This document shows positions 39,124 through 52,450 of a stretch of 64,000 nt of DNA, one piece after another. The stretch is from Paecilomyces variotii (Eukaryota), in NCBI GenBank assembly GCA_004022145.1, contig RCNU01000005.1. The stretch is one strand, 5' to 3'. The position numbers were made by a program, and so were the translations under genes. The number at the start of each line of letters is the position of its first letter. Within the stretch, counting starts at the first letter, position 1. Below the pieces are notes generated by a model, which made no database searches, was not told the DNA's origin, and worked only from the letters and a program-made list of their open reading frames with translations.

Positions 39124-42100
39124 ATGGCCCCGAAGGAGGATGCATTGCCTCCGGGCTGGGAGGACCTAGATAGGTGAGCCTCACCGTCTTGGCAATGTTG
39201 TGATCATTGTTGAATATTGTCCCTTTGGTGGAGGATCACACGATCCCAACCTTTTGTATTCCCAGTTCTTTATATCTGCATGTTTCAGTCTTGGAGGCCG
39301 TCGCTGACCATGGCTGCCATGTCTGATTCGCTGTTACAGACAGATGGGCCAGCTCTTCATGATGGGGTTTGATGGTACCACCGTCGATCCCCAGATTCGT
39401 TCCTTGATTGAGGACTGCCATCTGGGCGCCGTTCTGCTGACAGCTAAAAATCTCAAATGTAAATCTCTCTGATTTCCCATACCTTGCACTCCCACCCTCC
39501 GGTCCTATTCCTGTCATGGATGTTCCCTGGCTGACGGAGAAACAGCGGCCGAGGATGCAGCGCAGCTGGTCCATGAGTTGCAAACGATCGCCCGAGATGC
39601 TGGCCATCCTGTGCCCCTGATGATTGCTTTAGACCAGGAGAATGGCGGTGTTAACAGTCTCTTTGACGAGATTTACATCCGGCAGTTTCCCAGTGCAATG
39701 GGCATCGCCGCCACTGGCTCGAAGAAACTCGCTCGTGAAGTAGCTACAGCCACGGCTCAGGAGCTCAAAGCCGTCGGTGTCAACTGGATTCTCGGTCCGG
39801 TCCTGGATGTCCTCACTAATGTGCGTAATCAGCCCCTTGGTGTGCGAACAACGGGAGATGATCCACAGGAAGTCTCGCAGTACGGCGTTGAGTTCATGAA
39901 AGGCTATCAGGAGGCGGGTCTTGTCACTTGCGGGAAGCACTTTCCTTCGTACGGCAATCTAGAATTCCTAGGCTCTCAGACGGATGTCCCTATCATCACA
40001 GATTCACTAGAGCAACTGAGTCTGAGTGCGCTGGTCCCATTTCGGAGTGCCATTGCCCAAGGGATAGATGCGATGATGGTTGGCGGTGTCGCAATGTCGT
40101 CTGCTGGCGTAAATGTCATGCATGCTTGCCTGTCGGAACAAGTCGTGGATGATCTTCTGCGGAAGGATCTCAAGTTCAACGGCGTCGTCGTCTCCGAATG
40201 CCTGGAAATGGAAGCACTGACTCACAATATTGGTGTTGGAGGAGGGACGGTAATGGCCATGAAGGCAGGCTGCGATGTTATTCTTCTCTGCAAGTCATTT
40301 CCTATCCAACAGGAGGCCATAAACGGCTTGAAGCTTGGAGTGGAAAATGGAATTATCAGCCGCACCCGCATAGAACAGTCGCTGCGAAGAGTTCTTGACA
40401 TGAAGTCGCGATGTACTTCGTGGGACCAAGCTCTAAACCCTCCTGGACTGAGTGCTCTATCAAATTTGCAGCCATCCCACACTGACCTCTCGACGAGAGC
40501 TTATAATAACTCTATCACCGTTGTCCGAGACAAGGACAATCTACTCCCGCTGCCCAATGTCCTGGAGCCCGACGAAGAATTATTACTTCTCACTCCCTTG
40601 GTCAAGCCGCTTCCGACCTCAGCTGCATCTCGATCGATGGCAGAGAATATCAACTCGTCCCCTGACCCGATGGCCTGGGAGAAAAGTGCGTCCGTGATCA
40701 GTGGGGAGACAGTCTTTAGAGAACTAGGGAGATCTCTCGCACGGCAAAGGAGCGGACGCGTTTTGCATACTTCGTACACTGCCAACGGTGTCCGGCCGGT
40801 CCATGAGAATCTCATCGACAGAGCAAACGCGGTTATTGTCGTCACTGCGGATGCCAATCGAAATCTCTATCAGTATGGCTTCACCAAGCACGTGTCGATG
40901 ATATGCAAGTCGCAGTTCTCGCAAACGGGCGAGCGACGGGAGAAACCCCTTATAGTTGTGTCCGTCAGTTCACCGTATGATTTTGCCATGGATCAGTCAA
41001 TCGGAACCTACGTTTGTACATACGACTTCACAGAAACTGCTCTACGGGCCTTGGTAAAGGTGCTGTATGGAGAGTTGACACCAACAGGATCGTTGCCGGG
41101 CTCAATCAGTCATAGCCAAAAGCTTCATCAATCGAGACAACACTGGTTGGTTGAGGCATGGAACGAAGAAAGGGATTCACGCGCGTTGGATGCTCTGCTG
41201 GCTGCCGTTAGACAGGATTGTTCTCAGGGCCAACGGTCGGAGTTGACCGGCGTCACGTCGAACAGCTTCTTGCTACGGATGGATGACGTTGTCGAGGCGC
41301 ACTTCGTAGTGCGAAACAGCAGCACACAAGCACTATACGGATTCTGTTCGACGTACTTTTTCAGATCTACTGGTACTGGCGTTATTGGTTCTTTGATTGT
41401 CGACCCCAATAGACGGAAGCTGTCAATTGGCCATTCGCTCCACAACCGAGCCATCCGGACACTGCTCCAGCGCAAGGGAATGAAGAGGTTCCAGTTGGGC
41501 TCCCGTCTTCCGGGTATCTACCTGGGCATTCCAACGGTGAACCCGGTGGAGCGCAAAAGACTGCGACAATGGTTTGCCAACCTCGGCTGGAACACGGCGC
41601 TCTCGCGGCCAGTGTGCAGCGTCGTGTTGCGCAATCTTTCTACCTGGTCACCACCGACTGAGTTGGCAAAGAGCCTACGGAACGCGGAGGTACACTACGA
41701 TTTGGTCTACGGGTGGGACTATGCCGAGTCTATCCTCGATCACATCAAAACCACTTCGAGGCAAGGAGTGATGGAGATCTATAAGCTCGCTTTGAACGGC
41801 GCGCCAGACTGCGGCATTATCAGGGCAAAGCGGCCGGATGATGGCGCGGTAATTGGCAGTGTGGTGGTCTATAACGACCGTTCAATCCTGGCGGAGTATA
41901 TGCCTGTCCTTAAGGAGACACACGCAGTAGCTGGAGGCATCTCTTCCGTGGTAATCTCGCCATCCGTGGGTGAATATGCCAGTCTCATGCAGGGGCTCAT
42001 CTTGCTTGGGATTAAGCAGATCCGTCAGCAGGGAGCTGATGCTGCGGTTCTAGATTGTGTAAGTCTTTTCTTTCTTTTTTTTCTGTTTCCTCTTTTTTGC

Positions 42101-42279
42101 CACTTGTCTTGGGTCGTCTGAGCACTACTTTTCTGGGAGATCGCTAACGTGGGGGTTGCCTGCAGGTCGACGGCGATGGAAACTTCGATAGCTTGTCCGG
42201 AATGGGCTTCAGTGTTCTTCACAGTTTCGAGGAAGTAACGTGTGACGCGACAACCTGGACAATGATGCCGCCTTCATGA
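39124..42279 (+). CDS. ngs1: GH3 beta-N-acetylglucosaminidase-like domain fused to GNAT-like C-terminal region (Ngs1/Nag3-type GlcNAc sensor)
   Basis: QMGQLFMMGFDG, IALDQENGGV, NWILGPVLDV, CGKHFPSYG, C-terminal LIVDPNRRKLSIGHSL and FQLGSRLP. Four exons: start MAPKEDALPPGWEDLDR at 39124, last exon 42166-42279. Confidence 0.88.
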
Positions 42280-43679
42280 ACGATCTACAAATGCGAGACG
42301 CTCCACATCCGAAACTGCGGGCTGCGACTCTTCGAGCAGTTCGATTTTGCTGCTTTTTGAATCCTCCTTGTCTCTACGTTGATCACGACACGAATCTCTT
42401 TGTGCGGTTTTTGGTTATGGCATTTTGTATACATTATTGATATCCATCTTGCGTGAGAATTCACTTTTTGCCTATTTAGGTCTGTTTTGCCTGGCGTTAT
42501 CAGGGGCCCCCAATATGATCGGCAGTTGTTGGTACTAGGTGACTACGCACTTTGGCGGGTGGCGGCTATGGGAGGCTTAGTGAGGGGGGGCGGAAGTTCG
42601 GGGCTGCACACAAGCTTGAGCGGAAGAAGCGGCTCAGCGGCTGTCCCTGCATGTTCGCAATTGTGTTCAACGCAGAGCAGGACGGAGAGGAGCTCTGGGG
42701 CAGACATTTGATGGCGACTGGATGGAGCAGGGGTCCGGCATATTCGAGACAGCGGGATGGGTTAGGTAGACATTGCAAGGTGCAGCTTCTCCCGAATGGA
42801 ACAGCCTGGGCTTTGCCTTGAGTGGCTCCGAGACTTGACGTTTCTCTCATCCAGTGCTTAGGTAGCATTGTACTATCTTCCGTGTGCCAACGGCGTATGG
42901 GGCGGGGGATCCAGCGGGTCGGTCAGTCGCTGACATCCTTGCATGGGGCACGATCGTCTAAAGTCAATACAGAAGAATTAAGCCAGAATAACGGGAAAGA
43001 AGCAGGGAAAAGATAAACAATCAATAACCAACGGAAATTGAAGGAAGACGGAGCTTTCGGAAGTCCCGCCTGTACTCCTTTTCACTCACCTTGGCCACGG
43101 ACCGGGAGTCTCAGCAGCTCCAGCACAAGGATCCTTTGGGAGGGAAATCTCGTAAACGCCTAGTTTGTCCTACTCAAACCAGTCTACCAGGTGTCACGAA
43201 TGTCAATGTTGGAAATCCCTCGGTCCATCCCAATTGGGTGTAGAGATGACGCAATTCGTGAAACTCGTGGATATCAACCACGCCCCGCCAGATATGTATC
43301 CAATTCACCATTAGTACTAGACTTATTGTGAACGCCTTCCAGTGACAAAGTGGATCAATTTCCGTATAGATATAGATATATGTGTGGATGCACACGTATA
43401 CGTATGTACCTAGACCATGTATCTATACTTCCACCCCAGATATCCTCAAATATATATACTCCCGGATGATAACCCTCACCGTATAAAAAACAGAGTACAC
43501 ATCCTGCCGTCATCTCCAAGTTAGCATAGAAAGTATCATATCGCATAAATCCATTCCACATAATAATCATAATCCACAGGATAGGGATAGAGAGAGAGAG
43601 AGAGAGAGGCACGCACCTCTATCTCGATACAGAAAAAGAAGAAGACTTAAACACACCTATCTCTCCTTCTTGCGTTCCT

Positions 43680-43980
43680 TATATATATTAGGGAAGCTAG
43701 TCCTATTTTAACGTGTATAACGCCCTACAGATCGCTACTAAAGTTAAAAAAAAAGAGTTTTATAAAAAAAATACCCCGCTAAGCTAAGCTAAAACCTTTG
43801 CGCTATTTAATGCATTAAGTAGATGAACTATGAAAAATAAGATAAAGAACCTCTAGATCAAATTAACAATAACAATAACTATCTACTAGATTTAGACACA
43901 AAATCTACAAACTAAATAGGGGGGTAATGTAATAATTGTAATGCGGAAATTAGCGGCAGAACTGGGATAGAAGTAGCTGT
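43680..43980. other. AT/TpA-rich patch, possibly RIP-degraded repeat remnant
   Basis: Visibly A/T-rich with many TA, TAA and TAG words and no ORF; judged by eye. Confidence 0.4.
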
Positions 43981-44151
43981 AGCCTAGAACCTTTTTTCTT
44001 TCCTTGTCCAGTTTGGAATCCTTTGATCTCTACTTAGATACCTAGAAATGCATCTAGTCTGAGCAGAAGTCCTACGTACACCTTTACAACCATTATCAAA
44101 CCACTCACTTTACTCTCGCGTCTTCCAATCTTATATTTCCAAGACTCCATC

Positions 44152-45665
44152 ATGAGCTTCCGTGACGATTGGCCTAAGATGCCAGATAATAACGACTTCG
44201 ACGGCAAGCAGCTGCTCGCTCTAGTCCGCAGCGGCAAGAGCCCCTTCCACGGAGTTTGGGATGTAAACCTACTCATTCGAGAGGTTGAGGAGAATCTCGG
44301 CGCCAAAGTGATTGATATCCCGGTCGTATACAAGGGCTCGAATAACTACGTAAGTTTTTTTTTTTTGGGCAATCTTTATAACCCAATTCTATTCTATGCT
44401 AAGAATGAGGTTGGGGGTTGCGCACAGGGTTTCCATATCAAACTATCGAATCGACCGGACATCGTGGCGCGTTTAGCTCGTGGCGATATCAATATGCCCA
44501 ACTATGACGGCCCCCCAATTCAAGTGCAAGTTCCCGAGGTCAAGTTCGAGATAGCAGTATACAAGCTCCTGCGCTCAGAGCCTAATATCTTGGCCTCCCG
44601 GCTGCTTTACTACCGTATCCCAGTGCAGCACGTTAGTCCCAGACTTGATATCCCTCAGGATATTGCGGGCCGTCGCTTGTTCTTGTTTGAAAAGGCAGAG
44701 GGGGAGAATCATGTCTGGCAGGATCTCAGCTCAGAACAGAAGGTGCGTGCCAATGTCAGCAATAATATGTTGTTCTGCTCTACTCAAAGTCAATTTTAAC
44801 TGTGCAATCTTCTGTCTCTAGGCCTGTCTTCTTACTCAGACAGCCCATATCCGCGCATCATTATTCAACTTCAACCTTCCGCTCGACTTCGCTACTACTT
44901 GGCTCCGCGAACGCCTCTTTGAACAGAAACCCAAATCGCTCCCTATTCCCATTGCCCCCACGCGCGAGTTCTGCATTTCTCTCTTCACGTCTAAGATTGA
45001 AGCAACAATCGGGAATATAGGCGACATGATCGGATGGGAGGATGACAATAACACCGTCGGTCCCATTGCTGCGTCAGCTAAGCAATCTCTCTTGCGCCTT
45101 ATCCCACACATTATGCCTGCAGATAGCGACCGGACCTCTCTCTATCGTCTCGTTCTCGAGCACGGCGATTATGGCATTCACAACATGTCGATTACAATAG
45201 ACGCAGACGGTCAACCCGTTGTGACGTCCCTATATGACTGGGAGACTGGCTGCATCGTGCCGGCTATCTTGTCCGATCCGTTGATGGCCGTATGGGTCGA
45301 TCTAGTAACTGATGAGAATGCCAACCCTTCATTTATTCGAGCACCTGATGACGCAACTCCGGATGATCGCGTGGAGTACATGATATGGGCGAGGCAATAT
45401 TTCACGGTACGTCCGTCCTTGGTTCAATTATCGTCTTTTTTGTTTTTTTCTCAGTATATGAGCAGAATAGTAAATAACTGCCTTTCTCTCCGTGCAGGCT
45501 CTCTTCAATCAAGCGCCTAATTACGAACGTGCAATTCAAGCTGGGAAAGACGCGCGCCACCTTTGGTTTGCGTTGCGAGACTGGCGAGGTGATGATCCGG
45601 AGGGATATTTTGGTGATCTAGGAGCTTGGGCTGAGAGGAGGATGAAGGAGCTTGGTGTTGATTGA
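44152..45665 (+). CDS. Protein kinase-like phosphotransferase (APH / choline-kinase superfamily)
   Basis: KGSNNYG P-loop-like segment, DIVARL, catalytic-loop-like LEHGDYGIHNM, metal-binding-like YDWETG; four exons, stop TGA 45663-45665. Confidence 0.75.
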
Positions 45666-48600
45666 GTATTAAGTATGTACGATGACTAACTAACTGATTG
45701 CCTTTTCTTGTTCTCCTTTCGATATTCTGCCTGATTCCAATAACCTCCCATGGACGAATTCGACGAAGGGGTGGGAATACTTAGAAAGGAGGACTGTGAA
45801 CAATAGCCAGATGACATGTACTACTAGGTCAAGTTCATGAGAATATACTACCCCAGCCTTATTCTTTCCAATTCTAGCCAAGGAGCCCAAACTGGCCGTC
45901 CTTGTCCACTGTGAGCTCACCTCCTTGGCTTACTTGCTTGATCTGGCTCAGGTCTGGCTCACAGGCTATAGCAGCAATGGCTCCGGTCCAAAGACGGATG
46001 TGGAAAATGCTCATGTCGAGATCTACGATATCGAACTAGCTGTTTCTTGTTTCTGTTTTGTGTTTCAAGATAGGAGGCAGATAGAGGCGGGGAAGGGGGG
46101 CGGGGGAGTGGAAAACTTATGCGCATAGATATGACTGTGACTTTCGGGAAGAGACTAAACTATGCTTCGAGGACCGGTTCAGGAACGGTGCGTGAAGATC
46201 GGGGAATATTATGGTTATTTTTTCTATCATCAGGAGAGTACTCCGTAGTGAAGCAGGACCATAGGCGAGGTAGTAGTTGAACTTAGTTAGATATGCGTCG
46301 AATCGAACATGGGGCGGAGGATAGACACGGTGGATTACCGAAATAGGCATCATGTACCTGTACATACAATGTACAGGTACCATCGATGGAACGAGGGTCG
46401 GAAGGTACAGTGACAATGGGAAGGGGACTCGTCCCTGCAGGGAAGAACGTCGAAGGGGCCATATTAGGTCGAGGTAGTAAGGTTAAGTGTCGGGATGAAG
46501 CGAAAGTTGTTCTGGAAGGGTGTCATTTCGGCTTCTAGTCGGTCTTTGTTCATCGATTTCCCCCCAGAGGGTCTTTTTTGCAAACGCTGCTCCCCCCCTC
46601 CCCTCTTTATCACATGTACTTGGCATTCTTGCGTGTCAGGGGATTGTCTATCTGCGTCTAGGTAGGTACTCCGTAAGCAGTGAAGAGGAGGCTAGTGGAC
46701 TGTTGTGCATCTTGCGCGTGTTCGCATCGAAGAAAAACGGATATCCCTGTTGAATCTGTTATTTAGTTCCATTGCTTCAGAACAATGGTTGAATTTCTGC
46801 CCCGTCTCCGACGGAGTTTCCAGCAGCGTCCACTTTGAGGTCTAGGCCTGTTACAGGATAGACATGGGTCTTCAGGAAAAGAAAAGTGCTGGATTCTCAA
46901 TCACGGACTCCGTTTCAAGATTTCCGTGCCTTGATGCTTGCTGTACGGCGCAGACTTGGGCAATAATGATAATGATGACGACTACCCCGGAGATTACCAT
47001 ATTTCTCACTTGCGAAACATGCGTGATGAATCCTGTCTATGCTGAGAAAGTATGAGAGTACCCCCCCTTCCCTGCTCGATTATCATCATTATTATTCCGC
47101 CCGTACAGCTGTGGACATGATAGCTCTTGGGTCCCGCAAAAGATTGTAGATCATCTGTAGTGAGAAGTTGACGATAACTCAATCAATTGGTCAAGTGCCT
47201 GAAAATCGTTGATCACCTCATCCTCCGATAAGCTGAGCGGCAGCTTGTCCTGACGAAAGGATTCTCCAGGAATCGTCGATCCCGGCGGGGGCACGATGGG
47301 CTCATTATTGGCAACCGGAAGACCCCGGTGACGAGCAATTCTGGACGGAGCCAAAGGGTCCTGGTTCGCTAGTGCGAGGAAATGAATCTGTGAAGCGATT
47401 CTAGTGCTGAAGCCAATCATCGTATCGGATCTATGGGAGACCTGACGACGGAGCGGAGGAGAACATGGTTCAGGAGGAAGCCGGACGAAGATAGGAAGAA
47501 AGTAGTTAACTAAGTGAGTCGATTAATCAGACAGTTGAGAACTTGAGATAGTTAGATCGGCTGCAGAGAGAGAGAGAGAGAGAGAGACAGTCGCGGAGAA
47601 TCGCCTGAAAAGCATTCATTGATTGACCGTTATGGTCCCCTTCGGGTTTTTTTTTATTTTTAGTTATCTAGATGGGATAGAATAGTTATCTGTTGACGGT
47701 CTCATCATATCAAGTTGCTAGCCTGCTTTTTTCTTTCTGCATGTCAGACCGACCGAGGAAGATCTTTTTTTTCGCACCAGCCAGTCCGTAATAATCAATC
47801 AATATTAATTAACTACGGAGTAGTGATTTACCTCCAGGATAATAAGCGGACGCTCGGAGCCTAGTTGACTCCGTGCCTGAGCAGACGGCGCCTCCGGCAG
47901 CTCGTGCGGACTATTTTTCTTTTTTGTGTTCGCAGTTATCTAACTAACTTGTGTCGGCCTCAACCGCCAGTGGGTTCATGCGTATTTCCCCTCTCGGACA
48001 TTGCCGAGTCTCCATGGAACGACAGAAGTTAGAACAGCACCGAACGGATCGTCCCCTGTCAGTCGTCTTGTTTCCCATTTCATTTTCTCAGGGAACGTTA
48101 TTGAGGAAACAAGCCTGTCTCATGTCTAGGATGTCTGGAGATTATTCTCCCGGACGGAGGAATTGTGGATGCGATCTATAGCCAACGATATCGAGCTGCG
48201 CAGTGTGGTGGTCGAGTCTCTGTGGCAAACGGCGTGAATAACTAATAATGATGGAAAAGCCAGACCTGTTCGTTCTGACTTTCTCTGCCCTATCTTCTTG
48301 CCCCAGTTTTTGACACGAATTGCCCTAGACAGCAGGAGATCGTCCCAACGGTCAGCCAAGCTCCGTGCCTGGCTTTGTGGTGTTTCGACTTTCGCCATCG
48401 TCACTCGTTGCTCGCGATCAATCCCAATCCCATTGATCCCTCGCTCTGTGCCGTCAGTGGCCAATATGGTAAGTTAGACTACTACTATCGACTACTGGAC
48501 GTCTTGCGCTAAATCGAGTTTCTTGGCTCTCTTGCTTCTTGTCTCTCTCTACTACTGGCGGGGTCCATGCGTTCATTATTCCGCTGGATTCCACCGCCGT

Positions 48601-50461
48601 TAACCGCGAAGAAGTAGAGAGAGAGTCTCTAGAATGATGAATCAGAGCCAACAATGATCCGCTCCGTCATCTGCCCTGGTGAATCATATCTACTCGATTG
48701 TACAGAGTACAGCACTACTGTACTACTGTGTAGACTGCAAACTCCGCTGAACAATCGTCTTTACTTTACGCGAAAGAAGCCAGCCATGCCGAACTCGGTA
48801 ACTCTTGAATCCGGCCCAGCCCGCTGGTTGCGCCCCCAGAGTCGGTTCCACTCGGCCTGGCTTTAGTTTCACTCTTCTAAACTCAGACCAGCAATAGTGG
48901 ACGGTTTAGTGTTTGGCCCCCGATCAACTTGAGCAGTGGATCCAGCGCTGGCCTCGGTCAGATCCATGGGCGGGGGAGAGAACACAGGGCTTGTTGTGGG
49001 TGATTGTTCTGATTGTTCCGTGCGAAACAGTGGAGATGGGATACAGAGAGAGAGAGAGAGCAGCTCCAGAGCCACGAGGACGATACAGAGGACAGAAACA
49101 GCAAAAGCAGGCTCAGCAGCTGACCCGGAGGCCCCGAATCACAAGTGGTCTGCCCGACTGATTGGTTTGTGTCGATGGGTTTGTCTTCGTCTCTTTGTCT
49201 TTGTGTGCGTTGGAAGATCTATCGCATCTGAAAGTCGCGCATCGAACGGGCCCTTGGAGCAGACTGGTAATAGCACCGGCACGATAGCTTCTCCCGGACA
49301 TTCTAGAAAGAAGAGAGTTAGCACGTCGACGCCAGAGCCAGCCATCCCGGGGGAATTACCATAGACTGCTCCTGAATAATGTGGTAGTAATATTAATACA
49401 TGAGACTGCAGACCATAGGATCTAGTCTCCGGGGGAGGCGTTCAGTCCAAGCCGTGTTTGGCCGGGAGGGGATCGTTAGATTGCATGACTGTGGGATATT
49501 GTTCTGACTGAAGCAGTGGGATGCAATAATAATAATAACAATTACTAGGTATCTTCTTCCTCATCCTCCACCGGGGCTCCGATGCAGCGTCTAGGCCATG
49601 GCGGGTATAGTGTGCATCCACCGAGATAAAGCAGGCGATAAAGCCGGGACGAGCACGACACGAGGAGGAAATGCAGCAGAACATTCTGTAGAGTAGAGTA
49701 GAGATCGACCGTCCCCTGATAGCAACGCAACAGCAGCCAGGTTTGGTTTCTAGAAATCCATCCATCAGTCAATCACCATGATCGCCCGCAACAGTCGCTA
49801 GGACGAGCCCGGTGCCTGATCTGCCTCCGTCCTTCGACTGTCCGGGTGCGGCCATCACTTGCTTGTCTCTCTCTCTCTCAGTCTCAGTTAAGAACTAAAC
49901 TCGGGCGATCCACCGCATCCTCGTCCATCATCGACTTAGTCTCCTCCTTCGCATCCACTTACTTCTTCTTCTTCTTCTTCCTGGACGTCCTGCCTGCTCG
50001 CTCCCCTTCAACCACCGCGCCAGCCCGGACCAGCGTTTGTCGCGGCCTCTCCTGTCAGTCGACTCGAGATCCCTGGGTCTGCGCAGTGTGAGAGAGAGGC
50101 TCATATCTATCCCCGTCCTCTCCTCTCCTGCTGGTGGCGCGCAATCCAATCTTCTTTCCTCCGTCCCGCCGCTGTCCAGCCTCCCCTCACTGGACTTGGC
50201 TTGGCTTCACTTCACTTCATTTCACTTCGTTATTTTGTCTTCACCTGCTCACGCATCTTCTGCCATTGAGGCGGCCCCTCGTTCAGTGTCTGTACTAGAC
50301 TCGACAGCCTCTGCGCGCGACAGCAACAACAGAGACAACAACAACACCGTCATCCTCACCTCGCCCTCACCTCCGTCTTCCTTCCGACGCGATCCTCCCT
50401 CCAGCAGGACTGCTTCACCGTTCCCTCTGCGTCTGACAGACCCAACTCATGTGCGCTCACC

Positions 50462-52450
50462 ATGGACGGATACGACGCCATCACGATGCCCTATTTGGGC
50501 AATCCTATGACCGTGCTCCCTCCTAATATGCACAACACCGAATATCTGTCCATGTCGCAGCTGGATGGGCCTGACCAGCCTCCCAACTTTGACCCGGATA
50601 ACTTTATCGGGTAGGTGAATCTTATACTTCAGTGTTCAGACGGGTGTGCTTTCGTCTGATCTCATCAGATGACGGGCCGTTCCCTTTCGTCCCATCTCTG
50701 ATCCCCAGCTTTCATCGCATCTCTTCACGTGAATGCGCAAACACACGCTGACAAGTAACACAACAGCAACGACGACATGATCTACTCCGCGCATGGCATC
50801 ATCAGAAACATCCCCCAGCATTTCCCCGAACAGTATGCCGAGATTATGCCTTCATTCGAGCCTCCCGCGCCCGAGCAACAGCAACCACAGCAGCAGGACG
50901 CCAATATCGACCATAATCACAAGCTGCTGAGCTTCTCTGCCCCCACGTACAGCTTCACCTTGCTGGACTATTCTCTGCACAGGACCAACATTTCCGTCGC
51001 GGCGCAGCTGCACGGCATGTTCTTTCTCGCGGAGTCGCCCTGGACCAATTCTCCCACGGAGGCAGTCCCTCCCCAGGTCGCCGAATTGACCTGTTATCGC
51101 CGTAATCTCTTCCAGATAACTGGCTCAGTCACGTTGCCGCGCACCCTGCGCTATCTGATGACGGACCAGGGGGATAGGATCCCCATTCTGGCACTGGAAC
51201 TCACCGTTTCCGCCACGGAGTCGGTTGAGGGAAATGCGGTCAAGATCATCTCGGTGCCTTGGAAGACTCCCGCCGCCAACGGCAACCAGCAACCGGAGGA
51301 CAAGACGGAGAAAGAACCACCAGCCATCCCGCTCGATACCATGGCTGGCCAGGACATGGACTCGGACTATGCGAGCTTCCCCATCGCCTGGAAGCGTCTC
51401 CAGTTCCGCATTGCAACCGCCAACAACGGACGCCGCAAGGAACTGCAGCAGCACTTTGTCGTCCGACTTAAGGTCATGGCCACTCTATCTACTGGCGCAA
51501 AGGCCCCCGTCTGCGAGGTCCGTTCCGGTCCTGTCATCGTCCGCGGACGCAGCCCGCGCAACTTCCAGTCACGGAAGGACCTTCCTCTGAGCGGCAGCGC
51601 AGCTTCATCTCGCAAGAACACCCAAGCGTCCGCAGCCAAGGGCAACAACCGTTCTCCCCGTCAGCCCAGCCAGACTCCCGTGCAGGCTGCGGCTCAACTG
51701 CGCGCGTCCACCAAGAGCAGCACCCCTGAGATGGGATCGATCTTCCAGTTTGAGGAAGCCCCTCTCCCGCAGGTGACTATGCCGCCGCACTCGTCTCCTC
51801 CCTATGCAGACTGGACGCAGATGCCTCCTACGACCACCGCGACTGCAGCTCCTCCTCCGGTGCCTTTTCCCCCGGCGAATTTGCCTCCCCTAAACGGATC
51901 TCTGCCTGGGTATCAGCGTACGAGCCCAACCATGTCGCGCGACACGGATTCGCAGCGTCGTCTTAGCGTTGCTCCCATTACGCTTTCTCTGGTAGACGAC
52001 GAGTTCTCCCCGCCCAGGTCCGCGGATATTACGAAGCACTCTCGCCCCAGCAAGTCCAATAATGCATTGCCTCAGAAGAACCCGAGTCCGGAGATCGAGT
52101 CTGCACGTCCCACCAAGATGAGGAAGACCTCCCAGGCTTCTTCCACCCGCCCGCGTCCCAGCCGCTCTGCCTCCAACAGTGTTGTTCCTGTCTTGGGCAC
52201 CGCCACTGTCAACGCTGCGCCGGCTTTTCCCGCGCCCGCGTCAACTCTTGCTACGGGATTTTCCTTCACCTCTGACAGCGCAGATCTGCTGTACGAATAC
52301 TTCCCGCTGGGCCTGGATGAGTGGCACGCCCCCGTCGACGCGGTCTATCGCCCGCACGTGGTCCACCACACGAACATCCCAGCCGATCCCAAGGTGACTG
52401 CGGCGAGGAACAGGAGCAAGCGTTATTTCGCTGCTGAAGACGTGTATTGA
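50462..52450 (+). CDS. xprG: Ndt80/PhoG-family transcription factor (XprG / Ron1 / VIB-1 type)
   Basis: ELTCYRRNLFQI, WKRLQFRIATANNGRRKELQQHF, IVRGRSPRNF and C-terminal LLYEYFPLGLDEW..PVDAVYRPHVVHH; exon 1 50462-50610, exon 2 50767-52450. Confidence 0.92.
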
